DNA of 64,000 bases from Andalucia godoyi And28 (Eukaryota; Protista; Jakobida): NCBI GenBank assembly GCA_009859145.1, contig VRVR01000025.1, positions 69,211 to 133,210 on the forward strand. Reading direction: 5' to 3'. Numbering within the stretch: the first letter of the stretch is position 1; each line of letters begins with the position of its first letter. The notes under the pieces were generated by a model that saw only the letters and a list, made by a program, of their open reading frames with translations, ran no database searches and was not told where the DNA came from. Positions 60,487-64,000 of the stretch are shown in pieces. A program made the position numbers and the translations under genes.

Positions 60487-62187
60487 ATGCCGCAGCGTAG
60501 TGTATTGCTGCTTCTGCTAGTTGTTGTGGTACTGCAGACGGTGCATGGCGTCCGCGAACAGCGGTATTGCGAGATAACGGATCCATGTTGGCCCTCCGAG
60601 TCCGAGTGGTCGCAGTTAAATGTTACGACCGGGGGCCATTTGCACGCTGTGTATCCCGAGAGTCTGCCTTGCTATGAAGAAGGCGCATCATCTGCAGACT
60701 GCCAAGCGATAATGCAGAACTGGACAAATCCTTTTTGGAGAGCGAGCCAGATTGGAGCGATGCAGAGTCCAAACTGGGAAGAAGGCTCGAATGGTGAGAA
60801 TTGCTATAATCCCAACGCCCCGTGCAGCCAGGGAAGCATTCCTCCTTTTGGAGTTGCTGTTTCGTCCGCCTCCGATGTTTCTGCTGCGCTGGATTTTGCG
60901 GCACGACGCAATATCCGGGTTGCTGTGAAAACCTCTGGCCATGATTTCAATGGCCGGTCCACGGCTGCGAGTGCACTGATGATATGGATGCACACGTTCA
61001 CGGGGGTTTCCGTCGCGGACGTCTTCCAAGCGTGCCCGGGGGCTGAGAAGGGACCGGCCGTGACTGTTACGGGAGGCACTGCATGGGGTGTGGTCTATGC
61101 GGAAGTTGCGAGACATAAGTACACGGTTGTGGGTGGGTTCGCTCGGACCGTCGGGGCTGCTGGTGGATACGTGCAAGGTGGTGGACATTCGTTTACGTCA
61201 CCTGCGTACGGCCTTGCAGTCGACAACGTTTTATCGTTTGAGGCTGTCTTGGCAAACGGAACGCTGGTCACTGCTTCGGATTGTTCGCACTCGGATTTGT
61301 TCTGGGCTCTGCGTGGCGGCGGCGGTGGAACGTTTGCAGTAGTGACGTCGGTGACATACCGTATTCATCCTGTACCTTCGGAAGGCGTGACAGGGCTCAC
61401 GATTCGTTTGCAGTTCTTGCGGGGACCTGCTTCTGCAGAGCTGCTGCTGAACGGCTTCTTTTCCGAGGTCCCGAATTTGGTGTCGCCGAATGCAACAGGT
61501 GGCGTGTGGGGAGGCTATTATTTCATGTATCCGAGCACGTCAACATTTCTTGCGGCATACGTGTTCAACGGGAGCTTGACCGCAGCAAAGGACTCCATGA
61601 GCGCTTCGGAACAGTTCTTGTTTTCGAACCCAAAGGATTTTGCAATCTTGAAGTACGCTTACGCATCGTACCCGTCGATGAACGATTGGCACGAGGCCAA
61701 TGAACAGGGAGATCCTATGGGTGTCCTCGTAGCTATTGGATCCAGACTTGTTCCGTTGTCCGCTTGCGTCAATCCTTCAGAACGAGCATTTGCTGCAAAA
61801 ACCATTGCAAACTACTCCACGTACACCACGATTTTCGGACACTTAATCGCAGGTGGTGCCGTTTCCACATTTGATCGGCAGAGTGTCCATACATCAGTGA
61901 CTCCTGCCTGGCGAGATGCCGTGATGCACATCATCGTCACACAAGTTTGGTCTTCAACGGCGACGGTGCAAGAACAGCAAGCGGCGATGGCTCGAGTCTC
62001 CCAAATGACAGATGGTCTTCGTGCTGCTTTCCCGGACTCCGGAGCATACTGGTCCGAAAGCGACTACAATGAACCGAACTGGGAGGACGCTTTCTGGGGC
62101 TCTGTGAACTACCGACGACTTCAGGAAATCAAGCAGATGTATGACCCGTCCGGCATCTTTGATTGCCACCATTGCGTCATGTTTTGA
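60487..62187 (+). CDS. Secreted FAD-linked oxidase (VAO/BBE family, fungal-type)
   Basis: Signal peptide; KTSGHDFNGRS (covalent FAD His), TVGAAGGYVQGGGHS and LFWALRGGGGG; BBE C-terminus YWSESD..EPNWEDAFWG.NY.RL..IK..YDP. Confidence 0.92.
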   Translation: MPQRSVLLLLLVVVVLQTVHGVREQRYCEITDPCWPSESEWSQLNVTTGGHLHAVYPESLPCYEEGASSADCQAIMQNWTNPFWRASQIGAMQSPNWEEGSNGENCYNPNAPCSQGSIPPFGVAVSSASDVSAALDFAARRNIRVAVKTSGHDFNGRSTAASALMIWMHTFTGVSVADVFQACPGAEKGPAVTVTGGTAWGVVYAEVARHKYTVVGGFARTVGAAGGYVQGGGHSFTSPAYGLAVDNVLSFEAVLANGTLVTASDCSHSDLFWALRGGGGGTFAVVTSVTYRIHPVPSEGVTGLTIRLQFLRGPASAELLLNGFFSEVPNLVSPNATGGVWGGYYFMYPSTSTFLAAYVFNGSLTAAKDSMSASEQFLFSNPKDFAILKYAYASYPSMNDWHEANEQGDPMGVLVAIGSRLVPLSACVNPSERAFAAKTIANYSTYTTIFGHLIAGGAVSTFDRQSVHTSVTPAWRDAVMHIIVTQVWSSTATVQEQQAAMARVSQMTDGLRAAFPDSGAYWSESDYNEPNWEDAFWGSVNYRRLQEIKQMYDPSGIFDCHHCVMF

Positions 62188-62237
62188 ACATTTCTTCTTT
62201 TGCAGGTCTGCTTTCGACAAAATAAACACTGGACTCT

Positions 62238-62285
62238 TGTGTGTGTGTGTGTGTGTGTGTGTGTTTGTTTGTTTGTTTGTTTGTT
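62238..62285. repeat. (TG)n and (TTTG)n microsatellite
   Basis: Read directly. Confidence 0.9.
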
Positions 62286-62306
62286 TTTTAATATTACCAT
62301 ATTTTT

Positions 62307-63776
62307 TTACGAGGGTGACTCTGGGACAAAATTTCCCCAGTTTTGCAGAACAAACCTTGTACCACCGCGTGAGATCGTCTGCAAGCAGGGAGGCAAAACT
62401 CCAGAGGTTACTGACTTGTCGTAACCGATTCCGAAAGAAAGCTCTTGGAGACCGTTGGGAAGAACTCCGGGCTCGAGCTTGTGGCGAAAATGACCACCAA
62501 AATGGAGGACCTCCAGAGAAGACGGGAGGACGTCTTTAAAGATGGGCTGGTTGAAAAAGAAACCGAACAAGAGCTTCCGGAGATTGGAAGGAAGAACCCC
62601 TGGTGGAAGCGGCTGATTGTAGCAATCCAGGAACTCCAAATTCTCGAGAGTTTCTGGAAGCGACCGAGGAGCTAATTTTTGGTTAAAACAGCCCCCCAGC
62701 GTGAGTGAAGTCAGGCACGCAGGCAAGTATCCCGGAGGAAGAGTGTTGTTGAAGTAGCCGCTCAGCTTGAGAACACGTACGGATTTTGGAATGAGGCCGC
62801 GACGCAGAGGGTCGTTGGAGAAGAAATCAAAGTCAAGCACTTCCACACCGGAGGGTAGCACTCCCAACTGCAAGGGATGTCTTTGCATTGTGGCATTTAT
62901 CCTGAGGTTCCTGATGGAACCCGGCAGGAATGACGGTTCAAGAATTTGGTCATACGGCCCGTGAAAAGTCAGTGCTTTGAGATTTCGTGGAAGAACGTTT
63001 TGCTGGAGTGGTCGATTAAACGCTTTGCCAAACACCACCGATTCGAGCTCTGTCGGCAGGACGTCTTTTTCAAAGGGCTGGTTGAAGCTGCTGCCAAAGC
63101 GCACTGCACGAAGTGACGTGGGCAAGGCTCCAGGTTGCAGGCGCTGGTTGAACGAGAACCCGAACGTGACGCTCTCGAGCCGGCTTGGTAAAACACCGTA
63201 TGACAGCGATTGATTGAACTGGTACCCGAACGTCACCACTCTGACAGACTCGGGAAGGACACCGGAACTCAACGGCTGGTTGAAGGCCACGCCGAAGCCG
63301 ACCGTTTGAACCGAACACGGCAGGGCTCCGGGAGCCAGCGGCTGATTAAATCTGGCTCCAAATTTAACTGTATGCAGAGTTCGAGGTAGGACCTCGGGGG
63401 GCACATCCAGGTCGAAATCGGCATCAAAATGCAAAACCTGAAGACCCCTGTTCATGTTTGCCGGAACGACCTTTTTGCAAAAATGCATCTGGCGGAACGG
63501 CGCCAAGGCATACGCAAAATGCCTGCAGACAAGCGCTAGCCGTGCAAACGATGCGTCCGACAGAAACGCAGACACGATCTCAAGGACCCGCACGAGCTGG
63601 ATGCAGTGCTCGCTGTTGTCTGCAGCGTTGGCGCTGCGATCCTCAGGCATTTCTGCGTCAGTCTGAGGATTCTGATGCATGGATCGGCGACGCATGAGGG
63701 ACGCTTTCTTGCAAACGGACGCAGCTACAAGGTACCGAATGTGTTCCTGCAGCTCGGCGATTTTCACGTCTGGCAT
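62307..63776 (-). CDS. F-box-like plus FNIP-repeat protein
   Basis: LEIVSAFLSDASFARLALVCRHF F-box-like segment, then about 14 FNQPL.PGVLP.SL..L.FG repeats. Confidence 0.9.
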   Translation of the reverse strand: MPDVKIAELQEHIRYLVAASVCKKASLMRRRSMHQNPQTDAEMPEDRSANAADNSEHCIQLVRVLEIVSAFLSDASFARLALVCRHFAYALAPFRQMHFCKKVVPANMNRGLQVLHFDADFDLDVPPEVLPRTLHTVKFGARFNQPLAPGALPCSVQTVGFGVAFNQPLSSGVLPESVRVVTFGYQFNQSLSYGVLPSRLESVTFGFSFNQRLQPGALPTSLRAVRFGSSFNQPFEKDVLPTELESVVFGKAFNRPLQQNVLPRNLKALTFHGPYDQILEPSFLPGSIRNLRINATMQRHPLQLGVLPSGVEVLDFDFFSNDPLRRGLIPKSVRVLKLSGYFNNTLPPGYLPACLTSLTLGGCFNQKLAPRSLPETLENLEFLDCYNQPLPPGVLPSNLRKLLFGFFFNQPIFKDVLPSSLEVLHFGGHFRHKLEPGVLPNGLQELSFGIGYDKSVTSGVLPPCLQTISRGGTRFVLQNWGNFVPESPS

Positions 63777-64000
63777 CTGTAGGTTTCTCACTGCTCGCGG
63801 ATTGTCCTCCTGATGTTTGCGAATACAGCTTGCAAAACGCAGTCGCAGAAGTTTGCTCTTATCAAATGAAGCCTGACGTTGTCGCAAATCTGAAGTTGAC
63901 GACGACCCGAGAAGCAGCAAACTTGTCTTCAACGACAAATTTTCAATATCAGTTTTCACTCTTGACAGACAAACACACACACACACACATATATATATAT

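Noticed and set aside
1-64000. Full-length Fanzor/TnpB or serine transposase ORF; rRNA, tRNA or CRISPR array
   Set aside because: None visible in the ORF track or sequence; only short fragments are present.

Overview
Gene-dense, intron-poor eukaryotic (flagellated protist-like) chromosome segment with about 27 supportable protein-coding genes. These include SEC5, ALG1, XPF, PrxQ, ACOT9-like, a TBC RabGAP, a CCZ1/HPS4-like protein, PP2C, two GNATs, a small HSP, UTP22/NOL6, a TTLL4-like enzyme, RPB8, DnaJ, an arrestin-MABP protein, RSPH14, CFAP206, a pseudo-helicase-dsRBD protein, RPB10, PITRM1, an LRR-IQ protein, CENP-K, an FAD oxidase and an F-box/FNIP protein; several microsatellites are also present. 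The most striking signal is intergenic: at least seven (possibly eight) short 300-560 bp non-autonomous elements from about four divergent families. Each retains the extreme C-terminus of a TnpB/Fanzor2-type nuclease (CxxC-x-DRD-x-NGARNI motif), followed by a hairpin-rich region and a right end related to (A)GTGTACAAYGTAGGCG. Three copies of family 1 share both ends, have CCG just outside the left end, end in CG on the right, show compensatory/G-U changes in the terminal stem, and each has a different right flank. This is the architecture expected of dispersed omegaRNA (guide RNA) cassettes of an IS607-like Fanzor2 system mobilised in trans. No intact Fanzor or transposase ORF is in the window, so expression and activity are inferred, not shown.
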